Below are positions 1-41,949 of a stretch of DNA of 64,000 nt, piece by piece. Position 1 is the first letter of the stretch. Each line of letters opens with the position of its first letter. A program made the translations under genes and the position numbers. This DNA comes from Camelus ferus (lineage: Eukaryota), in NCBI RefSeq assembly GCF_009834535.1, contig NC_045705.1:66340001-66404000 (forward strand), in the 5' to 3' direction. Under the pieces are notes generated by a model. The model had not been told where the DNA came from, searched no databases, and worked only from the letters and a program-made list of their open reading frames with translations.

Positions 1-40
1 TCCCCTTGCGAGATTATCTTACTGCGGTGCCTGTTTCCAG

Positions 41-20945
<20,905 letters not shown>

Positions 20946-22249
20946 GGGCACTTGTCTTCTGGCCACTTTCCCTCCTGGCACTGCCATCAGCCTCACCGCC
21001 TGCGGGCAGGGGGAGGCCAGCAGGCCCCGGCCCAGTGTCCCCTTTCCTGGCCCGGGGGCCTGCCTCTCCCTTGCCCAGTCCTGAAGGACACTGCCACTGG
21101 GGACACTGCTCCCCCGCTCACTGCTCGGTCCCACCCCTGGGCAGCCCCCTCCCGACCCCTCTTCCTCCTGTGCCTCCACTCCAGGCCCAAGGCATGTTGA
21201 TTTTGCCTTTTGGCGCTCATTCCCGGTCCCTGGAATCGAGTTCTCTGGGCCTTCCTTCACCTGACTTCCAGCCTCCTCCCCACATGGCACCGGTTCCCCT
21301 CCTGGAAATAGGAAACCTGGAGTCCTGGCCTCCCCCTGCCCCCAACCGCCTCCAGGATCTCGTTTTCTAAAGCTCACCTGCCAGATGCTACTTAGCCTGC
21401 CCCCCGTCTAGTGGGGCCCAGGGCCACTTTCACTGCTGTGGGGTGAGAGGGGCACAGACCCCTGCTCCCAGCCACAGGGGCAGCTCCTACCCCTTTCTTA
21501 CCCCAAGGACAGCGTTTCTGTGACAACGCATGTGTTTCTGGGATGGAGGGGCCTTCGTGGCCTCCCTCGTGCACGGCTTTCACTACCCCCAGGTCCCCTG
21601 TAGATGCCGCGAGTGTCCCTGAGCGTTTCTTTGGTTCTCTGCACAGCCAGTCTCTTGGTGGTTCTGTGTGACTCACCTGGGCAGTGGTCCCGTCCCTGGG
21701 GCTCCCCCTTGTGGGTGACCCTCCTTCCCAGCCTCCCACCCTTTCCTCCCCAGCACAGATCTGCCTTTGAAACTCTGGACTCGGGAAGCAGATCCCTACC
21801 AACAGCATACTGTCTGTGTCTCCCAGCCCCTTCAGCTCCGTTCCCACGTGTCCATCCGTCTCCTTTCCCTGGTCTGTTCTGCCCTCCTCACTTGTGGTCC
21901 TCCCAGCCAGGCCTCCCTCTCTCTGCAGCCTCGGGGGTCTGAGCCCCTCCTCGGCCCCACCATCCACCTTCTCAGGAGGCGCTGAGCACAGGGGGTGGAG
22001 TTCCTGCCAGCCCTCTGTCCCGCCAGCACCTCCAGAGCTTTGCTGTTGTCCCCTCAGCCCTTCTAGAAGTTTTTGCACAGAACTTCATTTTGAAAAGTGT
22101 TTTTCTCATTCTCCATACCTCCCCCAAACTCCTCCAGCCCTTCCCCCGGCTCAGCCCTGCTGTCCAGAGCGTCTCCTGGGCTGTGCTGCTCTCTGGCCGG
22201 AGAGAGGGGCGGGATGGGAGGGACTGAGTGGATGCTGGATTTTTCATTC

Positions 22250-22255
22250 AATAAA
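22250..22255 (+). terminator. PACS1 polyadenylation signal (AATAAA)
   Basis: First AATAAA I found after the PACS1 stop (about 1.3 kb 3'UTR), followed by a GU/U-rich downstream sequence. Confidence 0.8.
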
Positions 22256-24069
22256 CTGGTGATTTCTTACCAACGAGCAAGCCTCAGGCTTCTGTGCCTC
22301 TCACTGTGACGCGGGCTCTGTCCCACTCCCTTCCCACCACTCAGTGCAGCCACTTCCACTCAAAGTGAACTAGGAACTGGCTGGAAAGTAGAAAATTCCC
22401 ATTTTCTTGATTGTACAAACAGAGGCCTGAGGTATGTTGCCCAGTTTGCAGCAAGCAGAAGTCAGGAACAGAAGTAACGCCATTCCCGCTCTGAAACCCC
22501 ACTCTTCTCTGGGCCCCACCATCCCCAAATCCCACCTCCCAAGGTAGTGGCAGCGGTGTCCACTCTGACTGAAGATTAGAACTTGGCTTCTCTCCCCCTG
22601 CTAGGCTGGCATCCTGCTATAGTTGCTGGAATTTGGTGAAGTCTGGGGCCCAGGTGGAGAGGGTGAGCTGGGGTCCATCATCAAGTTCACTTTCCTGTCC
22701 ATCCTTAACCTTGGAGGTGGCAAACAGTCGGAGCCCTGTTCCCTGGACGCCTGGCTCTTCATGTGCTCCCAGGACAGAGGCCTGCACGCCAAGCCTCCTC
22801 TAGTGAATAAGTGCCCAGAAGTGGGGCTTGCATCGGGGTGGGGATGGGTGCTCGGTATCCCCACCCCGCAGGACACGGCCACAGAGGCGTGGACGGCCAA
22901 ATGGGGCAGCCTGTCACTGGTTCCCCAAGCTCTCTGGGCTAGGAAAATGGAACTCAGGCTGCCTCCCAAGGGGCAGAATCCAGTGAGGTATCAGAAGGTG
23001 TCCCAGAAATGTCGTCTGCATGTTAGTTACCGAATAAGGTGTACGATCGGGCTGATGAGGGAAATGCCACAAGAAGCCGACGGAGTCTGGGGTGAACTGG
23101 AGAGGACGTGCACACTGCCTGAGCCAGAGGCACAGCATCCGCGGAGCTCAGGCTGGACGGGCCAGGGGACCTGGGGGCCGGTGGGAGTTCCCAGCAGGAT
23201 GGGGTGGGACAAGTAGACTGGGGTCCCAGCTCAGAACCAAGAAGGGGGAACAGGTGACGGGGTGAGAGTAAGGAGTCCACACGAACTCCCTGCTGACCGG
23301 CGTCGACTCCCAGCCTCAGCTTCCTGCCTGTGGCATCAGCGCAGCCCCTGCTTCCACCCCCAGGGTCCCTCCCACTTCCTCCAGGACTCACTCCCGCTGT
23401 TGCCCACTCTCTCCTGCATTATCGGTCCCCTCTTCCTACCAGATCTTTTCCATCCACGTTCAAATGCACTAATAGCTCCCTGTCTCCATGTCTCTGTTCC
23501 CCGTACAGCGAAATGGTTCAAAAGAGCTGGCTGTTCCGCTCTCAGTCTCCACCTCCCACTGCTTCAGGCTTTCTTCTTCACAACCCCATCAGAAGTTCCC
23601 TTACCAAGGTCACCGAGGACCTTGTCTGACCGGCCAGGATCAGCTGATGCACACACTCCCTGCTAGCACAGCCTTCTCCCCTCGGCCCAACCCAAGGACA
23701 GCACCCTGCTCTCCTCCGCTTCACTGGCTGCTCTTTCCAGGCCTCCCTCATACCCTCCTTACCTTCCCAGCCTCGGAAGAACACTGAACTCGGGGCTCCA
23801 CCTCTGCGCCCCCGGCCCCTCATCCAGCCCTGGGGTGCAGATGCTCCCTGTGCACAGACTTCTTCCCTCGTTCTTTGGCTGCTGAGACCCAAAACGTTGC
23901 AGTTATCCGTGACTCCTCTTTCATACCCAGCATTCAGTCCAGCAGCACATCGGCAGGCTTTCCCTTCGAGACAGATCCAGAACCCAGCCGCTCTTCACCA
24001 CTCTTAACTGCCGCTGTTCCCTCCCGCCTGGATAGTATAATAGCCTCCACCTCATCTTCCTGTAGTCTA

Positions 24070-24650
24070 TTCTCCACACAATAGCCAGAGAAAGCCTTTT
24101 AAAACGTTAAGTAGATCGCATTAAATTACTGATCCAAACTGTCCAATGGCTTCCCATTCCACTAAGAATATAATCCAAGGCCCTTCTCATAACCTATAAG
24201 TCCTCCCTGATCTGCCCTCCCTGGAGCAGCCTGATCTTACCTTCTCTCACTCTGCACCTTGATCACTGGCCTCCTCTACATTCCCCAGACACCCCGGGCA
24301 CATCCTGCCTCAGGACCTTTGCACAAGCCATCCCCCCTGCCCATCCTGCTCCTGCCCTTTTGTCCACGTGTCTTGCTCCCTCACTCTAGTCTTGGCTTAA
24401 ATGTCACCTCAGAGAGGCCTTCCCTGTTCAACCTGTCTAAAATAGCACCTTCCTTTTCTCTCACCCTTCATTTTTCTTATTGGCACTTCCCACTCCCTGG
24501 CATTTAATTATTGTCTCTCATTGTCATTAGAATATAAGTTCCTAGAAAACAGGAACTTAATTTTTTTTCCTCTGCTCTATCCTTGGCACCCAGGAGACCG
24601 TTTAGCTCATCTTAGCTAAACAGTACATATTTGCTGACAGAATGAATGAG
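24070..24650 (+). mobile_element. L2 LINE 3' end
   Basis: Typical L2 tail motifs (AATGGCTTCCCATT, GGACCTTTGCAC, AATGTCACCTCAGAGAGGCCTTCC), ending in GAATGAATGA. Confidence 0.75.
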
Positions 24651-25009
24651 AAGCCTTTGTGGTGCTGGAATGTACAAGGTCCTTAATACACAACTTGCCT
24701 CTCAGACACTTTGATGCCTCAGCCCCAAAGGACACCCGAATTTTCTCATATGCGTGGAGTAGGAAGGCAGACTCTTAATCTGAGCAGAGAGGAGGGTGAG
24801 GTTCCCAGGATTTGAAATGCGAGGCAGCTCAGGTGGACGATGTCCCCCGGGGACAGCTTGGCCAGTCACTGCCGGGGAAGGCCGGACCAGAGCCGAGCGG
24901 CCCGTGGGGCTGCCAGAGACAGAAACATTCTCTACAGGTGAAGGGGTGGCATTTGGTGCCAAAGGTAGAAGAATTCCTAGCTGTCCCTACACACCAACTC
25001 CAGCTTGGT

Positions 25010-25650
25010 TCTATTTTTAATTTAAATAAACTATTTTAGAATAGTTTTAGATTCACAGAAACGTTGCAAATATAGAACCAGGAGTTGCCATTCACCCCTC
25101 ACTCACTTGCCTCTGTTGTTAACGTGTTACATCAGTGTCCACGTTCGTCTAATGATCAGGACTAACTAAAGTCCATATTTGACTCAGATTCCTTACTTTT
25201 TCCCTAATGTCTTTTCTCCATTCCAGAATCCCATCCAAGACACCACACTCCGTCTAGTCCTTTGGACCGTGACATTCTCTTAGACTTTCCCTGTTTTGGT
25301 GACATTGACAGTTTTGAGGAGTCCTGGTCAGGAATTTTGTAGGATGCCCCCAGATCAGGACTTGTCAGCGCATCCTATAGAGAGTACATGCCATCGTCAG
25401 GGCATGACATCCCCAACGATGTGAGCCTTGATGACCTGGCTGAGACGGTGATATCAATGTCACCCTCTTTCCAAACTGTGCTCTTCGGAAGGAAGTCACC
25501 AGGCACAGCCCACCCTTAGGGAGTGAGGAGTTTTCCCTTCATTACCCAGAATTCTTCTGTCCAGCAGACCTCAGATGGGTGTTTGCAACTGCTACATTTT
25601 TCCTCACCCACTGCTGTGTCTAAGCACGGATGGCGGGGGTTGCCCTTTCA
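25010..25650 (-). mobile_element. Old L1 (L1MC/MB-like) 3' UTR remnant
   Basis: AT-rich start TTTTAGAATAGTTTTAGATTCACAGAAA and downstream motifs resembling antisense old-L1 3' ends. Confidence 0.55.
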
Positions 25651-26659
25651 GGTCACCTGCGGGCATTTTCTTTTAGCCAGGCCGCTCCAAGTGCTTCTCA
25701 GGGCTTATTTCACTGAATCCTTAGAGCAGCCCTAGGAAATCGATTCGGCTGATACTTCCTTTTTACCCAGGAGGAAGCCAGAAATCAGAGAGCCTTGTCT
25801 CCCAACTCTCATTCTTTTATTTGAGTTGAATGCTCCCAGGCATCTCAAACCCTCATACAGCCAAAACACAACTCTTGACTTCCCTCCATCCCCCACAGTC
25901 TTAGTAGCATCAGCATCCATCGTATTACTCAAGCCAGAAGCCAACAAGTCATCTCAGGTCATCTCAGCAACTGCTGTCCATTCTGCCTCCCCAGCGCGGA
26001 TCCCAAGGTGAGCCCAGAGCACCTCCCTCCCAGGTTAGAGTCCTTCAGGGCTTCCTGATGCCGTTGAGCACAGCCACCCAACCCCCAGTCAGTCGCCTGC
26101 GTGCCCACCCCACCCCTTTGCTACCTCTCTAGCTTCATGTCAAGTTGCCCCCCTCCCCGCTCCCAGGGCTCACCACCCTCAGGCCACACCTGATCTTTCA
26201 GTAACCAGATCCCTCCTCCTCGCACAGGGGCCCCACTTTACCTGCTCTCCCCACCCCACAGAGCATTCCCCTTTCCTTTGGAGGGTAGCGCACATGTCAC
26301 CTCCTCAGAGAAGTCTTCCCAACCACCCTGGCCACAACCCTGTTGTGATCTCTGCCTCAGCCCTTTCTTCAGTGGGGACATCCGCTGTCACCTGCAGGAA
26401 ATGTCTTTACCAGGTTAGCATGAGCTCCAGGAGGGCAGGCACAGGGGCTGCCTAATGGCTGTGCCTCAACCCCCATCACGTGGGCATATGGCAAACGCTC
26501 AAAGGCTAGACAAAGGGGTGAGCTGGGGTGAGCCCAACCTTGACCAACACACCCAGACTGAGCCAGATCTCTAACTTAGGTCATCAGACTCCAGACCATC
26601 TCTCAAGGTCCTACTCACATCCCGACTTCCCAATCATCCAGCTGCCCTAGTGTATTAAG

Positions 26660-27560
26660 TTCCTGCTGTGGGCCAGTTCCTGTCCTAGGTGTGATGACAC
26701 GTGGATGAATACAGGGCTGTGTCCTTACCTATACGGAAACTCTGAGCCTAGTCAGGGAGACAGACAAATAGACAATTGCCACACGGCATGAAAGTTTGCT
26801 TGAGAGCACACAGGAGGGGCAGCTAATCCAGCCTGGAATGGGTGTCCAAGAAGATGTCTCAAAGGAGATGATGTCTGAGCAAAAGATGCCTGACATGATG
26901 GATGTTCTGTTACAGGAAATAGCAAAAACTAGAGATAAGAGAGAGTCTGGCCTATTCTGAGACTCACACATGGTTACGGTGTGGCTGAAAAACAATGGCG
27001 AGTGGAATGGTGGGTGACAGGCCAGAAGAGAAGTGGTTGGGGCACTGAAGAGCTTGCAGATAGTATTACTACTCCGTGCTGTGCATTTCACCCTGAGAGC
27101 AATGGGAGCCAATCAACGGTTTTAGGTAGAAAGGTGAGATGATGGAATTTAGAAAGAACATTTTGCTACAACATGTTGGAAGAAATAAGACTGAAGACCA
27201 GATGAGTTCGAAGGGTGTTACAGTAACTTAGACAGGATGTGATGAAGACATAGACTAAGGGTAGAAGAGGTGGAAGAAAGTGGAGACTTGAGTCCTATTT
27301 AAGAGGCAGAATCAACAGGCGCAGGTAACTGGTTAGAAAACAGGATTGAAGGAGAGAGCTGAGAGTGGGGACTGGCCCCCCCGTTGGGTGAATGGGCAGA
27401 TGGTGGAGCATCGCTGGAGGAGATCCGGGTGGGAGATGGTGGGTTTAGGGCAAAGGTGGGGGGGTGTGCTCTTCAGAGGTGGGCGTCCAGCTGGAGTTGA
27501 ATATGTAGGTCTGGATGGAGCTCAGGGGAGTTCTCTGGACTGGATGAGGAGCTGGGCATC
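26660..27560 (-). mobile_element. L2 LINE remnant
   Basis: Purine-rich antisense L2-type motifs (CAATGGGAGCCAATCAACGGTTTTAGG, GGCAGATGGTGGAGC, GAGTTCTCTGGACTGGA). Confidence 0.6.
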
Positions 27561-27849
27561 CTTAACTATAGAAGAGCCGACCCCAGGGAGAGGGTGAGAT
27601 CACTCCCAGCCAGGCTGAGCTTCCTCTGTCCAGACCATGTGCCGCACCTATTGCCAGCACCAAACATCTTAGCACCTGTTACATTCAGACTCCCCTTTCT
27701 TTTTGCCTCATTTGTTGCTCACTTTCATTCTGAATGTGTTTTCTCTCCAGTGACACCGTAAGCAGAGACTGCCCTATATTTCATTTTTTTTTCTTTGCTC
27801 TTCATTCACTAGCACCGGGTCTGTCAACTAGTAAGCTTGATGATGATGA

Positions 27850-28070
27850 TAAATAACTACTAGTAAGAGTGTCTGTGATGTACAAGGCGTAATGCTAAGA
27901 TCTTAACTCTGCTATTTTGTTCCATTCTCTCGAGGACTCAACGAGGTAGGTATTAGGAACTTCATTTTACAGATGAAGAAATGGAGGAAGTAAGAGTGCA
28001 TGCAGAAAGCTCCCCAGCTGGCAAATGGAGAAACATGGCTCTGAACTTGGCTGAGTCTGCCCCTCAAAGC
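27850..28070 (-). mobile_element. MIR SINE
   Basis: Antisense core CATTTTACAGATGAAGAAA with flanking MIR motifs. Confidence 0.6.
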
Positions 28071-28299
28071 CCTTGTGCCTCCAGCTGAGCAGGACAGGGA
28101 CCCCTCTGATCTGGCTGGGAAGCCACAAGGAAAGTAGGGTGCAGATTTACCATGTGGCTGCCAGGACAGAAACCAGGACTCTCAGGGGAGCTTGATTCTT
28201 GGCTCAATGGCAGAAAAACTGTCAACCAGAGGTATCCACGGGAGACCAAGCCCCTCAGGAAGTGATGAGCTGCCCATCACGTGGGGGAGACATGGTCTT

Positions 28300-30400
28300 T
28301 AAGGAACCTCCAAACTTGAGCCCTTCTGGATGAATCCGCTGACATTTCAAAGGGAATGATACGCTTGGCAAAAATGCACCCCCACCACTCCTTCAAAGAA
28401 AAGGAATGAAGCTAGCCAAAGAAAAAAGATTCACTTAAGAAAGCAGATTTCAGTGGGATGAGTGCATCCAGGGATCCAAGGAAAAGGGGTGGGAGCAGTG
28501 GGAGTGATTTTCAGGCAGAGAACAATATTCAAAGTAGCAAGAACAACTATCCCAGACATGGGTTGGGGGGTAGGGTGGGGGCAAGCTGATGAGCTCTGTG
28601 GAAGATGGCATAAGGAGCTGAATCACCATCGGGCATGGACTCCTTCCTCTCCTCCCCATTAACTGAGCACCCAACGGCAGCCTGGCACCAGACCAGCAGT
28701 GGTGAGGGGAGCACGGAACAGAGCAGGACGAAGTAACAGTCCCTTTCCTTGGGAAACGCACAGTATAATCCTCAGAGACAAGATAAAAAGCTGAGTGGCT
28801 GCAAAGATTGAACACATGCAAGGTTATGAACTGAAAGCAAGATAAGAGCCAGAGAACCCGGCAGGGAAGCCAGCCTTCCCTTCACCCAGCACGCAGGGAG
28901 GAGCAGGGCCAGATGCCTAAAGAGAACCACAAAGAAACCAAGGCAGCCTGCAGAGATCTAGCAGAAAGGCTGGAGCAAAAACCCAGCAAAAGTCACAAAG
29001 GGAGACTGAAAAATGTTCTTTCCATTTACCCAGAAAAAGGTGATAAAAGGAATGTGCTCCTTTATTAGATGGAGAAAAAGTGCAAGAGGAGAAAGACTCA
29101 GGTGTAGGTGTGTTTGCACCTGGGTAGGTGTGGTACCCAGGTACATGGGCCTGTAAACCCACACACGTGGAGGTGTGCGTGTGGCACAGGCATTCAGTGC
29201 CTCTGAGGCTGTGTGTTGAGGGTGTGTGGGACTGGGCTTCCTGTGGCTGTGAACAAGCAACTTGACCTCGGTTCTTGTGACCTCTACTCTGTGTGGTCAG
29301 TTTCCCCTTCCACGCTGGGACAAAATGGCCTGGAATCTAGATTAAAGAAGGACACAGTGGTCACCTCATGCAGCTGCCTCCCCTCTTTGGGCCTCACTTT
29401 CCTTACCTTGAAAACAAAGACATTTAAGCAATGACTTTCAACCCAGGGTGCACATCACAGGCACCATGGAAGTTTTAAAATAGTAAGAGAGGCCCAGGAC
29501 CCACCCTGGCACCACTGAATTCCAATCTCTAGCAGGAGGCCTTCTAACAAAGTTCCTTCTCAAGATCTTGATTCTGAAACCCAGATTGTTAAGAATACTG
29601 GGTTTCCAGACTCCATTTCCTCCCCATGAACTTGCCAGCGAGCTGGGAGTGCAGTGATGGTCTGATGGAGTCTCTGCACAGAGGCAGGCTTATCACATTG
29701 CAGCCAGTGTGACTCTGGGAGACAGGGCTGACGTGCAGGCTAGATGACAGACCCTGAATGCAACAGATGCCAACCTTCAGGGCCCTGGAAGAAAACTGAC
29801 CCAGCGAAACTGACAAGCATAAAAACAAGCTCTGCTCTGATGCAAACAACATAATCAATGGACACAAGAAATAGGTAACAGCAAGTGCTTCCAGGAAGGG
29901 GAGCTGCATGACTGAGGACCGCGGTCAGTGAGAGAGAATCACATTTCACCGTAACTTGCATATGCCTTTTGAATTTTGCATCATATGAATGTATAAACTA
30001 CCTTTAAAAATCACTGGGAAAAAAATCACTGGCAGAAGAATAGGATCAGGGAATAGAACCTGGCTGGATATAACTGGGATGCATGCAATCTAGGGTTTTA
30101 GCTGACAAGCTTACCCTGCGCAGATTCAGTGTGCTGGCTGTCAAAGTCAGCCTGACTTTCGGCTTCACGGTGGACAGGTGGTGTGCTTCTTAGGGGGGAG
30201 ACTGTCCCTCTGTGATCTGTGCCGTTCATTCCCTGCCTGAATTCCTGGGCCCTGGACTGAGCACCACATCCTGAGGCAGTGTCTGGACTGACGTGCTAAA
30301 CCACACCCAGAAAAGAGGAATTGGGAGGGGGAAGGGTCAGGAAACTGCACAGGAGTGGGTGAAGGGACCAGGATTGCCAGCCCAGGCAGGGGGAACACTG
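28300..30400 (+). mobile_element. Highly degraded L3/CR1 LINE fragments interrupted by MIR and MER5
   Basis: Segments at about 29740-29860 and 30090-30300 resemble CR1/L3 ORF2 3' motifs as recalled. The upstream extent is uncertain. Confidence 0.4.
29429..29600. mobile_element. MER5-like hAT remnant
   Basis: Degenerate CARTG...CAACC start, GGCCCAGGACCCACCC core and TTAAGAATACTG end. Confidence 0.45.
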
Positions 30401-31599
30401 TGGGGGGGGGCAGGGGACCATCACTGTCTCCAAATATCTTCATTGGCAAAAGGGAGTGGACTATCTTTCCTGGGGACAGAGCTTCCGTTTGGTGTGGTTG
30501 AGCACTGCAGGCAGGTACTTTGGGGCTATCTAAGGAAAAACTTGCTAACATTTAGAGCCATCTCACAGCAGAATGTAGTGAGCTCCGTGTCACAGGACGT
30601 ACTTGAGCTGAGGGGATGCTGGACCATCTCTCTGTCAGAGATGACACCGAGAGGATTCTCATATCCACCAGGACACTGAACCTGGTAGAGTCTGAGTCTG
30701 AACCCAGCCCGACTCATGAGGAATTCCCCAGATACTTGGGTACCAGTGCCAGGCAGGTTTTGTCTCTCAGGGTGGTTATCCTGCTGTTACCCACTAGGAT
30801 GTTGACCTGGAAGCAGTGGAAACAGGACCAGGGTAGCCAGCAACCCAGGGCTGCAGAGCACCAGATCAAAACCTGGGCCAGTAGGTGCACCCTTCCGCCT
30901 TCTTTAAAAACCAACATTTACTGAGTGCTGCTATGTGGCTGGCCAGGAGCTACTCTGGGAGTGAACAAGACAGGCAGATCTTGGCCTGCATTCTGGGGAG
31001 GAGAAAGAAACTGACAAAGAAAATGTTAGAAGCAATAAATGCTACAGAGAGAATTGAATGGGTGCATGTGATGGGCTGGAGGGCTGCTCTACATAGGGGC
31101 TGGGAATCAAGGAAGTGCTCTCTGAGGGAGACATCTCATCTGAGCCCCAAATGACATCATCTCCTTGTCTTGATCATCCGACCAAGAGTATACGTTGTGG
31201 TTCACCCACAGGGTCATGGGTCTGTTTCAGCCTATGCCTGGCTGCCCTTTGGCTCCCTTTTCTCCCTTAAGGCCAGAAGCCTCCGTCCCTTCTCCCCAAG
31301 AAGCAGCCCTAAGATGCCCCGAATCCCCTACAGGGAGGAGGACAGCTCCGAAAGAGCTGGGTGGGGCATAACCAGTCTCTAGAGGCAAATGAATCTGGGG
31401 TCTGATCTGGGAGATTCGGACAACAGCAGTGCCCTCTTTATTCGGTCTTTGTAAGCATTAAATGAGTTAAAGCACTTCAGGCATCCAAGCGCCTGGCACA
31501 TAGTAAACTCTCAGAAAGTAGCAACTATTACAAAAAATGTCAGTAAATGTCAAATGTCCCGCTCTGGACTCCGAGGGGGGCTGAGCCTTCTCCCCCGGC

Positions 31600-40706
<9,107 letters not shown>

Positions 40707-41554
40707 TCCTGAAGGGCAGCCCGTCACCAGAACCTCCACCCGGCACTGTCCCCACCCCAGCCCTGCGCATGGGCCTGCTGCTTGCCCCTCCTGTGTCTCC
40801 CAAGGACCCCTGTCTTTTCTGTTCAATCTCAGGGTAACCTCCTCCCTTGTCATCTCAGCCTGAGCGCTGGAGGCTGGGCCTGCCCGCTCCAGTTCTACCC
40901 CTTATTTATTCCTTCCAGCAGGGCCCCTCTTCCCTAGGTTCAGGGCCAGCAGGAGGGGCTGGCCAGTGTCTCCCAGGTAGAGACTCAGTGGCCCGCCCTC
41001 CGCAGACCCGGAAGCCAAGAACACTAAGCACCTAAGGTCCCTTCAGCACTCCTGCCCTCCCCAGGCCGTTGCTTCTGTATATAGAGAAATAAGTTATTGG
41101 CCGCACCCCTCCCCTCAGTCCTCGGTACTATCCGGGCCTCCCCTCACCCCGCCCTTGTCTAGTGGTACCGCCCAGGCCTTAATCACCCCCATTCCGCGCG
41201 GTGGTATCTCCCAGGCTCCACATTTCCTGGGGCGGCGCCTCCCAAAAGGGTTCCTCCCGGTCTCTGAGCGCCCTGCCCCGCCATCGCCCTGTGCCCCAGG
41301 ACGGAGAGCCTGCCCCTTGCCCGTCCTCTCACCGCCGGGCCCTGCCCCACAGCCCGGCCTTATGCACTGCCCCTCCCACCAGGCACGGCCTGACCCCGCC
41401 CCGGGCACCGCCCTCAGAGCCGTCCTGCCACGTCTCTTCCCACGCCTGCAGCTTCTTGCGAGGGGCAGTGAGGGCCCGCTGTGGCAGGAGGGGCTGCCCC
41501 AGTTAGGGGTGGGGGGCGAGGCGGCCGCTCTCTATTTTCAGATGTTGCTGTAGA

Positions 41555-41560
41555 AATAAA
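41555..41560 (+). terminator. KLC2 polyadenylation signal (AATAAA)
   Basis: AATAAA about 850 nt after the stop, followed by GT-rich sequence. A second AATAAA lies at 41942-41947. Confidence 0.7.
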
Positions 41561-41949
41561 GACGGTTTGACTCTGAGCTGGGCTTGTTTTGGGACGGAGG
41601 CGGAAGGCTCCTAGCGTCTGTAGGTCTCTAGGTTGGGGTTGGGGTCAGGAGAGGCTGCGAGTGAGTGGGGGCGGTGTGTGTGTCTCGCTCATGTCTTGAG
41701 CCCAGATGGGCTTCTCCCATCCTGGGATTGTTTGGGCGCCCAAAGGTTCAGGATTTTTTTTCTAACCTCATCTCTGAGGTTCTAGAGACCGCAGGCTTTA
41801 GTTGAGCTTTGCTCCTTACCAAGCTGTCTGACCTTGAGCGAGTTACCGAGACTCGATCTTTTCGTCTATAAACCGTGGTTGACACCTTCCTGGGGTTGCG
41901 GCTGGGAGTTAGGAGCGCCAGCACACCAAGGACCCTGGATAAATAAACT

